A stretch of 64,000 bases of DNA from IMGVR_UViG_3300047321_000238:62001-126000; one strand, 5' to 3'. Shown: positions 1 to 9,792, numbered from the stretch's first letter. The notes: generated from the letters alone by a model not told the origin. Program-made: numbers and translations.

Positions 1-242
1 TTGAAGACTCTCTATTAGCTGAAGTTGAATCAGTTAGCACTCCTGACACTATAAGTGATTCATTTGGATTAGATGACTTAGAAGGATTCAGTAACTCAAT
101 AATAGATTATTCTTGTTATGATGTTACTCCAGTTCAAGAAAACTATGATGAAAAACAATTCGTTGCAATTACAACAAACTACGATATTCCTCAAGTTGAC
201 ATGTGCAATGACGAAAACTATTTAAATGGTTTAACTCAATAA
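1..242 (+). CDS. 3' end of an acidic hypothetical protein (partial)
   Basis: Open frame from nt 3 (EDSLLAEVES...GLTQ) to TAA at 240-242, followed by a terminator. Confidence 0.7.
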   Translation, partial: EDSLLAEVESVSTPDTISDSFGLDDLEGFSNSIIDYSCYDVTPVQENYDEKQFVAITTNYDIPQVDMCNDENYLNGLTQ

Positions 243-252
243 TATCAACATT

Positions 253-285
253 AGAGTCTCATTAATTTGAGGCTCTTTTTATTTT
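253..285 (+). terminator. Rho-independent terminator
   Basis: AGAGTCTCA/TGAGGCTCT stem followed by T-rich tail. Confidence 0.75.
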
Positions 286-297
286 AAATTTGAAAGG

Positions 298-1398
298 ATG
301 ATTATAATGAAAACAATTAATAACAAACAATTAGAAACAGGAAAGAAAATAGTAAATCAATTAGGAGTTAACAAAACTGCTATAGCACTAACTCATTATA
401 ATGTAGAAAAGAACAATATTGATATCAGAATGTTTTTGTACTCAGATGAAGACATTACAATATATACAACTGGTAGATTGTTTTTAGGAACATATAAAAA
501 GGAAGATAAAAAGTTCTCATTCGATCCTGCTACTAAACTACCTTATGTTGTAGGATGCAATAACATTAAGACTCGTAGAGAAGTTAAGGATGCTATTAAG
601 AAAGTATTATCTACTCATGCAGATGTATTAAAAATGAGTAATGGATACAAAAACTTAATTAATGATGTAGAGGATGTTTTACTTTATGTTATCAAGAGTG
701 GAATTATTAAAGGCAGCTACTTACCACTTGAGGCACAACTAAAACATAATTGGATCATGAATCCAGACACAATAATTGTAGAGGGTGAGTCAGTAGCTAA
801 ACATGAAATAGCAGTAACAACAGATACTAATACAAAAACAGAAGGAGAAGTCAAAATGAATATAATGAGTGCGGCACATAAACTAAGAAAAGAAATGGAA
901 ATAGAAGATAAAGAATATGCATCTTACAGCTATAAACTTAAAATGAAGATTGCATTAAAGTATGCATGGGATACATGTCATATTAATAAAGTAGTAGCTA
1001 TTAAAGAAGTAGCTATTACTGTAGATAAAGTGATAAACATAAATACACGTAGACCAGAGCCAACAGCTAAGGATGAAGTTATGGCAAGTAAGCTTGAACC
1101 ATTAACAGCTAAGTGCGACAATGGCAAGAAAAGAATCAAAGGAGAAACTTATATTGTATCCACACCAGGACACGTTAATATAGAAGATCACATTGGAACA
1201 GTGATTAAGGCTTTTGATATATCCACTCAAATATTAGGCAGAAAAACATTAGCTGAGTTAAATGTGAAATTCACTGAAAGAAAGTTTGCAGAGAGCAGAT
1301 TTTACAGAGAGAATGCACATAAGTTAATTATTGTTACTAGCCATAAAGATGAATATGAACAAATTAAAAACCCAAGAGGATTTATACTTGTTAAATAG
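298..1398 (+). CDS. hypothetical protein, 366 aa
   Basis: Long ORF; GAAAGG SD suggests alternative start at 307; no recognisable motif. Confidence 0.8.
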   Translation: MIIMKTINNKQLETGKKIVNQLGVNKTAIALTHYNVEKNNIDIRMFLYSDEDITIYTTGRLFLGTYKKEDKKFSFDPATKLPYVVGCNNIKTRREVKDAIKKVLSTHADVLKMSNGYKNLINDVEDVLLYVIKSGIIKGSYLPLEAQLKHNWIMNPDTIIVEGESVAKHEIAVTTDTNTKTEGEVKMNIMSAAHKLRKEMEIEDKEYASYSYKLKMKIALKYAWDTCHINKVVAIKEVAITVDKVININTRRPEPTAKDEVMASKLEPLTAKCDNGKKRIKGETYIVSTPGHVNIEDHIGTVIKAFDISTQILGRKTLAELNVKFTERKFAESRFYRENAHKLIIVTSHKDEYEQIKNPRGFILVK

Positions 1399-1403
1399 TA
1401 TTG

Positions 1404-1906
1404 CCCCCTTCGGGGATAGATCAGTGCCATTCCTTCGGATAAATATAAATAAGCTCCCTCCGCTCGCAGTCCCTTCGGGAACAAATAAACTAACTTCGTT
1501 AGTAGAAATAAGCTTCGCAGACTAATCGTGCGGATTCTATGAGAGCTATATTGAAACTAAGTTCTTATTGAACTATTTAGTTCTCATAATAAATTCGCTA
1601 CACTCATAGTCTTAGTCATGCGTGTTATCTGAGATTATCCTTAATCCCAAATCTCATCTTATCCCAATAAACTCACTACGTTCGTAGTTTTAATCATGCG
1701 GATATCTTGAGACATTTATATGCTTACTCATAGTTATAAACTTACTTACGAGTGACATTATAAATTCAATTAGCTATTAATTAGCTACTACATACATACA
1801 ACAAGGGGGAAATAATAGGAGACTTGCGTTTAATCCATTTCTCAGGTTAAATCTATATGCTCTGTATGTATAAAATAAGCTACGCAGTTTAATCATGCGT
1901 ATTATT
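1404..1906. repeat. Cluster of TTC-loop mini inverted repeats and AAATAAGCT(T/A)CGCAG...ATC(A/G)TGCG repeats
   Basis: CCCC-TTC-GGGG, TCC-TTC-GGA, TCCC-TTC-GGGA, ACTAAC-TTC-GTTAGT; repeat copies at 1506 and 1873, partial copies at 1447 and 1681. Confidence 0.75.
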
Positions 1907-2180
1907 CGTGTAACTCTAATGCTGAAAATAGAGTGTAGACTTAGCAGGTTCTTCTATTGCTTGCTATATGTTGAACGTATAAATGGAATCCTTATATATT
2001 ATTTATGTCTGTAATAATATAAGAAGTTAGCCCAAGACATGTTGTATATATATGAGAGTGCACGCTTATGTATATATTCCTAATTAAATTATTAAATATG
2101 TATACATCCCTACTTACGAGTGAATGTATATATATAAGAATGATTTAAGCGAAAACGAAAAAATCAAAATTTGAAAGGAA

Positions 2181-2741
2181 ATGATTAAAATGGAAAAGAG
2201 AATATTTTTAGCAACAAAGAAAGAACACACAGTAGGAGTAGTGTTTAATGTAACAGAGAATAAATGTAACAGAATTCCTACAATCGTATATGAACACGCT
2301 GGACAAATGAATGGCTTCAGTGACACAAGACTTAGTGCAATGAGTGCATTAATAAAAGTAATTGAAGAAAATAATAGTACTGAACTTACAAATGTAGTAC
2401 CAGTATTTGTTAATGAAGCATTAGCAAAGTTTATAACTGATGAAACATATAAGTTCTGGATTAAGACTGGTGCAAAAAGTACTGGTGAAGTAATTAGTGA
2501 AAATGAAATGACAATACTAAAGAAGTTCGTAGAAGTTTGGAAAGAAAAAGGAGATGACTTTGTAATCAGAGATATATTTACTTGTCGTATTAATGATAAA
2601 GTAAAAGCTGACCCTGCAAAGATATCTAAATTCAAACCATACAGCAGACAAAATGACGCATACTGCAGATACTGTTGGGACGAAATTGCTAAACTATATA
2701 ATGAAACAGTTGAAGCATCTATAGCATCAGTTGCAGTTTAA
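2181..2741 (+). CDS. hypothetical protein (possible degenerate RNase H-like fold)
   Basis: ORF with GAAAGGA SD; weak resemblance to the RNase H helix region. Confidence 0.75.
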   Translation: MIKMEKRIFLATKKEHTVGVVFNVTENKCNRIPTIVYEHAGQMNGFSDTRLSAMSALIKVIEENNSTELTNVVPVFVNEALAKFITDETYKFWIKTGAKSTGEVISENEMTILKKFVEVWKEKGDDFVIRDIFTCRINDKVKADPAKISKFKPYSRQNDAYCRYCWDEIAKLYNETVEASIASVAV

Positions 2742-2843
2742 ATAAATAGATATATGAGATTGATTACTTATCGTAGTCTTTCTCATATTTTTTATGTTAT
2801 TTATGTGAAAATAATAAAACAATAAGAGGAGAGAATAAATAAA

Positions 2844-3038
2844 ATGAAAATTAATCAATCAAGAAAGTCAACACATTCAATCATGGCTCATCAAAGTTTC
2901 GAAGGAGTATTACTAATTAAAGATGGTATCAAAATGTATATACCTAAAGAATGGATTACTCAAAAAGGTAAGATAAAGAAGTATGCATTAAAAGCATTTG
3001 ATAAGTTACAAAAGGAAGAACTAAGAAAGGCAATTTAA
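2844..3038 (+). CDS. small basic hypothetical protein
   Basis: ORF track; GAGGAG upstream. Confidence 0.65.
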   Translation: MKINQSRKSTHSIMAHQSFEGVLLIKDGIKMYIPKEWITQKGKIKKYALKAFDKLQKEELRKAI

Positions 3039-3041
3039 ATT

Positions 3042-3206
3042 ATGTTCAGAATAAAATATGTAGTAAGTGGTTTGGTTAAAGAACAATTATATGAAGACAC
3101 ATTCTATGCAGTCAGTTTAAGACAAGCATGGTATTACTTTGGTAAGAAGTACGGCTTCAATATTAGGGACTTTAAGAGACTGAATAGTGGGGGAATAGCA
3201 TCATGA
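3042..3206 (+). CDS. small hypothetical protein, 54 aa (not in ORF track)
   Basis: MFRIKYVVSG...GGIAS; ATGA overlap with rnhA start. Confidence 0.6.
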   Translation: MFRIKYVVSGLVKEQLYEDTFYAVSLRQAWYYFGKKYGFNIRDFKRLNSGGIAS

Positions 3207-3685
3207 AGAAACTTAATGTGTTCATAGATGGAGCATGTAAAGATGTAAAGAACAAAGAAAAAGCAATTGGTGGTTGGGGATACATAATCACTGATGAATA
3301 TTTTAATGTTATCAAACAAGATAATGGCAAAATAAGAGAAGGCATCCAAGATAGTAATCGTGCAGAACTTGAAGGACTGTATCAAGCATTACTTAAGATG
3401 AAGACGTTTAAAGGAAATAATAAGTTCCATATCTATACTGATTGTGAAAGCATAGCAGATAGTTTAAATGGATATTCAGAACGTAGAGCCAATAGAGATT
3501 ATTGGGATAATATAGAACCTATATGTAAAAGGTTAGCAGGACACTTTAGAATATCTCACATCGTAAGTCATCAAGTAAATGATAACGATGATAAATTTAT
3601 TGAGTATAATAATAAAGTAGACAAGCTAGCAAGAATTGGAGCAAATAGTCTAACTAAAGCACCAGTAACAAACATAGCAATATAA
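3203..3685 (+). CDS. rnhA: ribonuclease HI
   Basis: VFIDGAC, SNRAELEG, YTDCES, VSH, NKVDKLA = RNase HI catalytic D/E/D/H/D motifs. Confidence 0.9.
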   Translation: MKKLNVFIDGACKDVKNKEKAIGGWGYIITDEYFNVIKQDNGKIREGIQDSNRAELEGLYQALLKMKTFKGNNKFHIYTDCESIADSLNGYSERRANRDYWDNIEPICKRLAGHFRISHIVSHQVNDNDDKFIEYNNKVDKLARIGANSLTKAPVTNIAI

Positions 3686-3696
3686 AAATTTATGAG

Positions 3697-4020
3697 ATGA
3701 AAGAGGTAATCATTATGAAACTAGGATTTAAATTAGGAAATATAGAATATAACGAAATCAAATTAAGCAATGTAGAATTAAACGTACAATTCTCAGCAGA
3801 AGAATTAGTAGCAGAATATGATTTATTAAAAAGAATAGCTAAAGAACTTCCAGAGATATGTACAGATTTAGCTAATGGAGCAGTAGCATTTGCAGAAATA
3901 GATAAAGCATTTACTAAGTATACAACTGCAGTAGTAGCAGAAGATTCAACAGAAGAAACAAAAACAACTGCAATGGATCTAGTTAAGTCAGCTATTAATA
4001 AAATCAATCAAGCAGTATAA
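3697..4020 (+). CDS. hypothetical protein
   Basis: ORF; likely start 3715 after GAGGT. Confidence 0.75.
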   Translation: MKEVIIMKLGFKLGNIEYNEIKLSNVELNVQFSAEELVAEYDLLKRIAKELPEICTDLANGAVAFAEIDKAFTKYTTAVVAEDSTEETKTTAMDLVKSAINKINQAV

Positions 4021-4050
4021 TTAAAACAATAAGAAGGAAGTGTAATTAAT

Positions 4051-4875
4051 ATGTCAAAAATAGATATAGATATGAATTCAACAGTAAAAATAAACGGTGG
4101 AAAGTCTTTAAATATGGCAGAGTTTGCAGATAAGTTTGGAGTAGATTTAGCTAATCCTCAATTAGTAGTATCAACAGCTAATATATTAGAGAAACAAGGC
4201 AAGTTAATAGTAGTTGAAACTAAATCTAAAGAAGAACAAATCGTAGACCAAGCAATGGGACAAGAAGTATTCCAAAGTGTTGTAGAAAATTTAGATAATG
4301 AAGAACAAGCTTATAAAGAACAACTAAGAGAAGCTAAGAAAGCAGAATCAGATGTATTAAAAATAACATTAGCATTTATAACAACATTAGATGCAACAAA
4401 GTTTAATATGTGGTTAACTAGCTTAGGAGTAACTGAAGTATCTCAAATAATAAAGAATGGTTGTATTAAACTATTAATAGAAGATATAACTCCGCAAGAA
4501 TATACTAAGATATCAGCTAAGTATAAAGCAGAGAAAGCTATTAATGCAACAGTTAATACAACAAGTAAAGTAATGAATGGAACTACTAATGCTGTAAACT
4601 ATGGTTTAAGTGAAGTAGTCGCACCTGTAGCTAAAATAGCAGGAGAAGCTGGTATGAATTTAGGTAAAGGATTATTCCATACTCTAATTAAAACAGGAGC
4701 AGGTTTAATCAATAGTGGAGCTAAAGCAGTTACAGATACTAAAATAGCTTTAATGACAGATCCTGAATGTTTAAGAGCAACTAGTCAATTAATCGATGCA
4801 AAGAATAATATAACTAGAGGCGTTAATAAACAAATGAATAATAGAGGATTTGGATCAGGAATCGAAATACTATAA
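4051..4875 (+). CDS. hypothetical protein, 274 aa
   Basis: ORF with GAAGGAAG SD; Gly/Ala-rich C-terminal half. Confidence 0.8.
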   Translation: MSKIDIDMNSTVKINGGKSLNMAEFADKFGVDLANPQLVVSTANILEKQGKLIVVETKSKEEQIVDQAMGQEVFQSVVENLDNEEQAYKEQLREAKKAESDVLKITLAFITTLDATKFNMWLTSLGVTEVSQIIKNGCIKLLIEDITPQEYTKISAKYKAEKAINATVNTTSKVMNGTTNAVNYGLSEVVAPVAKIAGEAGMNLGKGLFHTLIKTGAGLINSGAKAVTDTKIALMTDPECLRATSQLIDAKNNITRGVNKQMNNRGFGSGIEIL

Positions 4876-4893
4876 TAGATAGGAGTTGTTGTA

Positions 4894-5007
4894 ATGGGAC
4901 AATTAATAGCTAAAGTACTATTTAATCAGAAGGTGATGAGCAGTATTGTTCCGCCTTCTCTACTTAGTAATTTAGGAAACATAATAACAAAAGCAGTATT
5001 AAAATAA
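4894..5007 (+). CDS. small hypothetical peptide, 37 aa
   Basis: AGGAG SD; MGQLIAKVLF...KAVLK. Confidence 0.45.
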   Translation: MGQLIAKVLFNQKVMSSIVPPSLLSNLGNIITKAVLK

Positions 5008-5022
5008 TAGGAGTGATATATA

Positions 5023-5259
5023 ATGTTAGAACATCAACCAATCTTGAGAGCATTAATAGAACAAGGATATAGTAGCAAGATGTTAGGTGCAGTTATTAAT
5101 GAGAAGACTCAAAGAGGAACTGCATTAATCAAACTAGACTCTATAGAAAAACCATTTAATATATACTGGAATAAACATAAATCACAATGGCAAGACGTAA
5201 AACCAGCAGAAGAAGTATCACCTGCAATAGTAGAAAGATACTACGCATCAGCAATATAA
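5023..5259 (+). CDS. hypothetical protein
   Basis: AGGAGTG SD, ORF track. Confidence 0.75.
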   Translation: MLEHQPILRALIEQGYSSKMLGAVINEKTQRGTALIKLDSIEKPFNIYWNKHKSQWQDVKPAEEVSPAIVERYYASAI

Positions 5260-5320
5260 GATTAAAATAGCTATTGGTAATCTACTTAATCTAATATATA
5301 AATAATAAAATCCTATATAT

Positions 5321-5355
5321 AAATAAGCTTCGCAGTTTTAATCATGCGTATTATT
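5321..5355. repeat. Third full copy of the AAATAAGCTTCGCAGTTTTAATCATGCGTATTATT element
   Basis: Near-identical to 1873-1906. Confidence 0.8.
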
Positions 5356-5800
5356 TGTATATAGGTTGGACCCTTAATCCATGAAAAGACGATTGGAGCA
5401 TCTACGTATGTTGGGTATCGCAAAGTTTTCATTAATCCATCCCGTTCCTTATAGTATTATGCAGGATTTAGAATTCATTCTTGCATTCCTACTATAGGGA
5501 ATACCCCTAAAAAGACTCAATCTTGCAAGAAAAAGAAAACCAACTTTCAGAATTACTATTATTGTGGAATAGATTATAATATATGCAAATATATTTTTAA
5601 GCTATCTTAACACAATTATGGTTAATTTTTTTCAGAGTTGGACACTAGTGTAATATATATAACACCAATTAACAGCTAACGCAGTTATGGAAATAACACT
5701 TTGATATAGCTTAAAGTATATTTGCTGTTAATACACAATTCGTACTTACGAGTGCCGTAGATGCATATGCGACATAAAGTTAAGATGGATTTGTGCTTCC

Positions 5801-5988
5801 GAGTGCGAGCGTTAGCGAGCACGTATAATTAAATAGCGTTAGCGTCAATTATATAATAGCGTTAGCGTCAAAATTAAATAAAGCGTTAGCGTAGATTTAT
5901 AAATAGATATAATCTTCTATAGTATACCCATACTATTATGAAGTATATCGTCCTACAATTCCATTCAGTGACAGTTATAGCGTTAGCG
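5801..5988. repeat. Five direct repeats of AGCGTTAGCG in AT-rich spacers (iteron-like)
   Basis: Copies at 5808, 5835, 5858, 5882, 5979. Confidence 0.85.
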
Positions 5989-6351
5989 TTTAATAACAAG
6001 CGTAGAATCGATTGTATCATCTATTAAGAGTAGCCATGTGTATACATACTACTAAACTTTAATAGATGCAACGTTGAACACGTAGTGCGAAACACAATAA
6101 AATTATAATAATTTCTCTATACCTACCTAGCAGAATGTAAGTGATGTGGTAGTAGAGGATTAGGAGTCATATCTCCGTTTTAAAGAAATGGCACTCGTAG
6201 ACCTGAACCAAGACGGTTTTGGGACGTAATCGGTGCTTTCACGTTATAATGGATATAAGCGTAGTGAGTAGTCTAAAAACGAACGGATTACTATTACAGT
6301 AGTATATATACTTATATACACACATGGAATAAAAATAAAGGAGATTATAAT

Positions 6352-6582
6352 ATGCCTAATTATAATAGAATAAAACAAGAATTAATTAATAAAAGAATTG
6401 AAGAAAGATATGATGGAGTAGATATGTTAACATCACGTCTTACTAATGGAGATATAGCTATTAAATGTAATGATATAGATAATAAGTGTAACCATCCTAA
6501 TGGTTGTTGTATATTAAGTTTACAAGAATTTCAAGAATGGAATTGTAAATGTGCATATCAAAATAAGTATTACTTTAGGTAA
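6352..6582 (+). CDS. Cys-containing hypothetical protein
   Basis: AAGGAG SD; six Cys in the C-terminal half. Confidence 0.7.
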   Translation: MPNYNRIKQELINKRIEERYDGVDMLTSRLTNGDIAIKCNDIDNKCNHPNGCCILSLQEFQEWNCKCAYQNKYYFR

Positions 6583-6599
6583 GAAAGGATATATAATAG

Positions 6600-6932
6600 A
6601 TGGAAGTATTAAAGTATATTAATGATACGTTAGTATCATATACATTAGCTGAACTATATGATAATAGAATAGGAATATCTGTAAGTAACGTAGAAGAGTT
6701 TATAGACATAATCGATAAATTAGATGCAACAGGTTTAGTGTATATGCCTACCGATGTAAAACGAGATAAGGTAGCATTGTACAATAGAGGTACAAGTAAA
6801 AATAGTTGTATATTAATAGAAAGAAGACCTGACCTAGGTAAATGTGAATATATATTAAGGTATTATTCAGAAGACTATGTAACTATGTATGCTGGCACTA
6901 TAAAGAAGTATAGTGAGGTGACATTAGTATAA
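6600..6932 (+). CDS. tag-array paralog 1 (MEVLKYIN)
   Basis: Shared N-terminal peptide and YT(L/I)..L...I.I.V..EEF core. Confidence 0.85.
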   Translation: MEVLKYINDTLVSYTLAELYDNRIGISVSNVEEFIDIIDKLDATGLVYMPTDVKRDKVALYNRGTSKNSCILIERRPDLGKCEYILRYYSEDYVTMYAGTIKKYSEVTLV

Positions 6933-7252
6933 TGGAGTTGTTAAAGCATATTAATGATATGGCAAATACGTATACTATAAGTAAGCTGTTAAATACAAAC
7001 GCTATAGTACAGTGTGATAGTAAAGAAGAGTTTATGCAGTTAATATATAAGATAAACTGTACATCGTATCTACATACAACCCTTAGTGGTAGTACATGGG
7101 ATATTTATAATAACCAGGATAGATATAATGGAAGTATGGCAATATACTTTAACAGTAGACATCTAGAGTTTTGTTACGTAGATTATTATAAAACATATAG
7201 ACGTAAGAACCCTAAGTATAAGTATAGTGAAGTAAATATAGTAACTATATAG
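6932..7252 (+). CDS. tag-array paralog 2 (MELLKHIN)
   Basis: TAATG overlap; family core and FC..DYY motif. Confidence 0.85.
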   Translation: MELLKHINDMANTYTISKLLNTNAIVQCDSKEEFMQLIYKINCTSYLHTTLSGSTWDIYNNQDRYNGSMAIYFNSRHLEFCYVDYYKTYRRKNPKYKYSEVNIVTI

Positions 7253-7260
7253 AGTATGCA

Positions 7261-7293
7261 GAGTTTTTCTTCTGCACGCGAACATATGTTTAT
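7261..7293 (+). promoter_or_regulatory. Repeated intergenic motif TTTTTC-T(C/T)TGCACGC-(G/A)AACATATGTT-TAT, copy 1
   Basis: Matches 9793-9826 and partly 9444-9462; contains the palindrome AACATATGTT. Confidence 0.6.
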
Positions 7294-7319
7294 TATATGA
7301 AAGGAGATTAAGCAAGTCT

Positions 7320-7667
7320 ATGAGTATAGAGTTATTAGATTATATAAATAAGAATAGTAAAAAGTCTTATACTATACAACAGATGATAGATGATAAGATA
7401 GCAATTCAAGTATGTAGTAGAGAAGAGTTGCAAAATCTTATAGATATAAGAAGTAGTCATGGTTGTATTGGGTGTACAGTAGAATCATGGGATACGTATG
7501 TAATAAAATATAACAAAAAGAGATATAATGGTCGGATGTGTTTAGCATTTCAAAGACCAGGATTTCTTGATTTCTGTGATACAGGATATTATCTAAACCA
7601 AGGATATACTATAGTGCCTTATACAAGTCTAGTTATAATAGATAGTGATAAGGTGGTGTTAATATAA
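7320..7667 (+). CDS. tag-array paralog 3 (MSIELLDYIN)
   Basis: KIAIQVCSREE, FCDTGYYLNQGY. Confidence 0.85.
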   Translation: MSIELLDYINKNSKKSYTIQQMIDDKIAIQVCSREELQNLIDIRSSHGCIGCTVESWDTYVIKYNKKRYNGRMCLAFQRPGFLDFCDTGYYLNQGYTIVPYTSLVIIDSDKVVLI

Positions 7668-7984
7668 TGGAAGTATTAAGTCATATTAATAATATACAAA
7701 GGTTTAGTATGTCAGACTTTATAGATAAAGGATATGTAATAAAGGTATGTCATAGAGCTGGACTAGAAGCTATAGTAGAGTATTTAGATAATCATGGTGT
7801 AGAAGTTAACGATGATATACGTGGAGCTGATGATAGAAGATGTGAATACTTATGTTTAAGACTAGGAGGATGGACAGATAAGAGTGGTAACATAACAGGT
7901 TATTGTGCATGGCAAGCAAACTATGAACACTATAAGAGTAGAGGATGTACTATGTACGATTATGATGAGGTGGTGTTAGTATAA
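7667..7984 (+). CDS. tag-array paralog 4 (MEVLSHIN)
   Basis: TAATG overlap; family pattern. Confidence 0.85.
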   Translation: MEVLSHINNIQRFSMSDFIDKGYVIKVCHRAGLEAIVEYLDNHGVEVNDDIRGADDRRCEYLCLRLGGWTDKSGNITGYCAWQANYEHYKSRGCTMYDYDEVVLV

Positions 7985-7985
7985 T

Positions 7986-8318
7986 ATGGAGTTATTAAAA
8001 GAAGTAAATGAATTTAATAAGTATAGAATACGAGATATAATACGTAATAGCATGGATATATTAATACATACACCTAAGGAAGAAGACTTAATTATATTAT
8101 ATAACAAGTTAATTGAATTAGGATATATAATAAGTGATCACATGTTGCATATATATAGTTCGTATAAAGAAGAGACATGTATAAGATTCTATAAGTATAC
8201 TAGTCAAAGTAGTGTAGCAAATGAATTAGGAATGAGTTATGCTGATAAACCATGGTATATCGAGAATGAAAAACAAATGAAGATAATAAACATGGGGGAC
8301 ATAGTATGGAAGTATTAA
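7986..8318 (+). CDS. tag-array paralog 5 (MELLKEVN)
   Basis: IHTPKEE, KEETCI, YADKPWY. Confidence 0.85.
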   Translation: MELLKEVNEFNKYRIRDIIRNSMDILIHTPKEEDLIILYNKLIELGYIISDHMLHIYSSYKEETCIRFYKYTSQSSVANELGMSYADKPWYIENEKQMKIINMGDIVWKY

Positions 8319-8620
8319 GATATATTAATGATGTAGTATATGGTATGTATACTATAGAAGAATTAATAAATAAGAAGATAGCAGTACATGTACCTACAAA
8401 AGAAAAATTTAATAATATGCAAGATATGCTTATATTATTATATGGCAATAAAATAAAAACATTATCTTATGATAAAATAGGTAGGTATGCAAAGTTAATG
8501 TGTATTAACGTAGAGAGTAGTACAGGACCATATCAATATGACATGGTTATAAGTTATTGCGATAAACAATGGTATCTGGATAATGGTTATACTGTTATAA
8601 GTATGGATAGTATAAGATGA
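8306..8620 (+). CDS. tag-array paralog 6 (MEVLRYIN)
   Basis: KIAVHVPTKE, YCDKQWYLDNGY. Confidence 0.85.
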   Translation: MEVLRYINDVVYGMYTIEELINKKIAVHVPTKEKFNNMQDMLILLYGNKIKTLSYDKIGRYAKLMCINVESSTGPYQYDMVISYCDKQWYLDNGYTVISMDSIR

Positions 8621-8808
8621 GTAAAGAATTATTAAGTTATATAATAGTAATGTTTATTACGGGTTTCTTAATAGGAATAATGGGAAACCTAATGGGCTCA
8701 CCAAGTAAAAATAATATATTTATAGATGCTATATTATTTGGAATATTCATGATATTTTATCCATTTTATATTATTATATATGAAATAAGAAACAATAGAA
8801 AGAAGTGA
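8617..8808 (+). CDS. small membrane protein with tag-like start (MSKELLSYI)
   Basis: Two hydrophobic segments; ATGA overlap. Confidence 0.7.
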   Translation: MSKELLSYIIVMFITGFLIGIMGNLMGSPSKNNIFIDAILFGIFMIFYPFYIIIYEIRNNRKK

Positions 8809-8815
8809 AAATATC

Positions 8816-9127
8816 ATGGAGATATTAAGTTATATAAATGATATAGCCTTTAACACGTATACTATAAAACAGTTAATAGGTAATAAGATAGCAGTGCATG
8901 TACCCACGCTTAAAGAATTCAAAGATATGCAAGAGATAGTTAAAGCACACAATAAAGATGTATATATAATGGATGATAGTATATATAATTGTATGAAAGA
9001 GGAGACATGTCTTAATATAGAAAATTGGAGCGGAGATTGTATATGTGATATACAAATAGAATATTGCGATAAACAATGGTATATAGATAATGGTTATAAG
9101 ATTATAAGTATGGAGGATATAAGATGA
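8816..9127 (+). CDS. tag-array paralog 7 (MEILSYIN)
   Basis: KIAVHVPTLKE, KEETCL, YCDKQWYIDNGY. Confidence 0.85.
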   Translation: MEILSYINDIAFNTYTIKQLIGNKIAVHVPTLKEFKDMQEIVKAHNKDVYIMDDSIYNCMKEETCLNIENWSGDCICDIQIEYCDKQWYIDNGYKIISMEDIR

Positions 9128-9438
9128 GTGTAGAACTATTAAATTATATAAACAAAGAAATGTTTAAGATTATAATAACAGTAGATGAACTAGTTAATAA
9201 TGGAGTAGTTATACATGTAAATAATAGAGAAGAACAGGAAGAGTTTTTCACCGCAGTATGTAATGTGGATATACATGTACCTGCTGATACTAGAATACAT
9301 TCATATAAAACACATGGAGATAAGCTGTTACACTTAATACAAAATCATAATGGTTTATATAGAGTAATGTATGGCACTAAGATGTCATTAGGTAAGTATA
9401 GAGTATTAGAGTATAAAGATATAAGTATAGTTAAGTAA
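9124..9438 (+). CDS. tag-array paralog 8 (MSVELLNYIN)
   Basis: VVIHVNNREE core. Confidence 0.85.
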   Translation: MSVELLNYINKEMFKIIITVDELVNNGVVIHVNNREEQEEFFTAVCNVDIHVPADTRIHSYKTHGDKLLHLIQNHNGLYRVMYGTKMSLGKYRVLEYKDISIVK

Positions 9439-9443
9439 ACAAC

Positions 9444-9462
9444 GGTTTTTTCTTTGCACGCG
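9444..9462 (+). promoter_or_regulatory. TTTGCACGC motif, copy 2 (truncated)
   Basis: GGTTTTTTCTTTGCACGCG. Confidence 0.5.
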
Positions 9463-9483
9463 TAATAAGAAGGAGTGAACGTA

Positions 9484-9783
9484 GTGATTGAGTTATTAAA
9501 GTATATTAACAATGACTTCGTAAAAGAAGAAACTGTTGAAGCTATTAATAAAAGAAATAAGTTATTCAACGAACATGTATTAACATTAAGAAAAGATATA
9601 GAAGAACTTAATGATAGAATAGAACTAGATAATAAAAGAAAAAGTAAAGCATTATTTATTATAGTATCTTCTACTATAGTTAATCTTATAATACAATTAA
9701 TATCTATAAGTCTTTATATTAAAGTATCATCAGCTATAGTATATGTATTGCTATTACAATTAGTTATATGGAAGAAAGATTAA
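9484..9783 (+). CDS. coiled-coil + transmembrane protein with tag (MIELLKYIN)
   Basis: GTG start at 9484, 9 nt after AAGGAG; unrelated body. Confidence 0.75.
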   Translation: MIELLKYINNDFVKEETVEAINKRNKLFNEHVLTLRKDIEELNDRIELDNKRKSKALFIIVSSTIVNLIIQLISISLYIKVSSAIVYVLLLQLVIWKKD

Positions 9784-9792
9784 GTAGAAAAA

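Noticed and set aside
5801-5991. CRISPR array
   Set aside because: Repeats are 10 nt with 13-17-nt AT-only spacers and no cas genes; no CRISPR array is seen anywhere in the window
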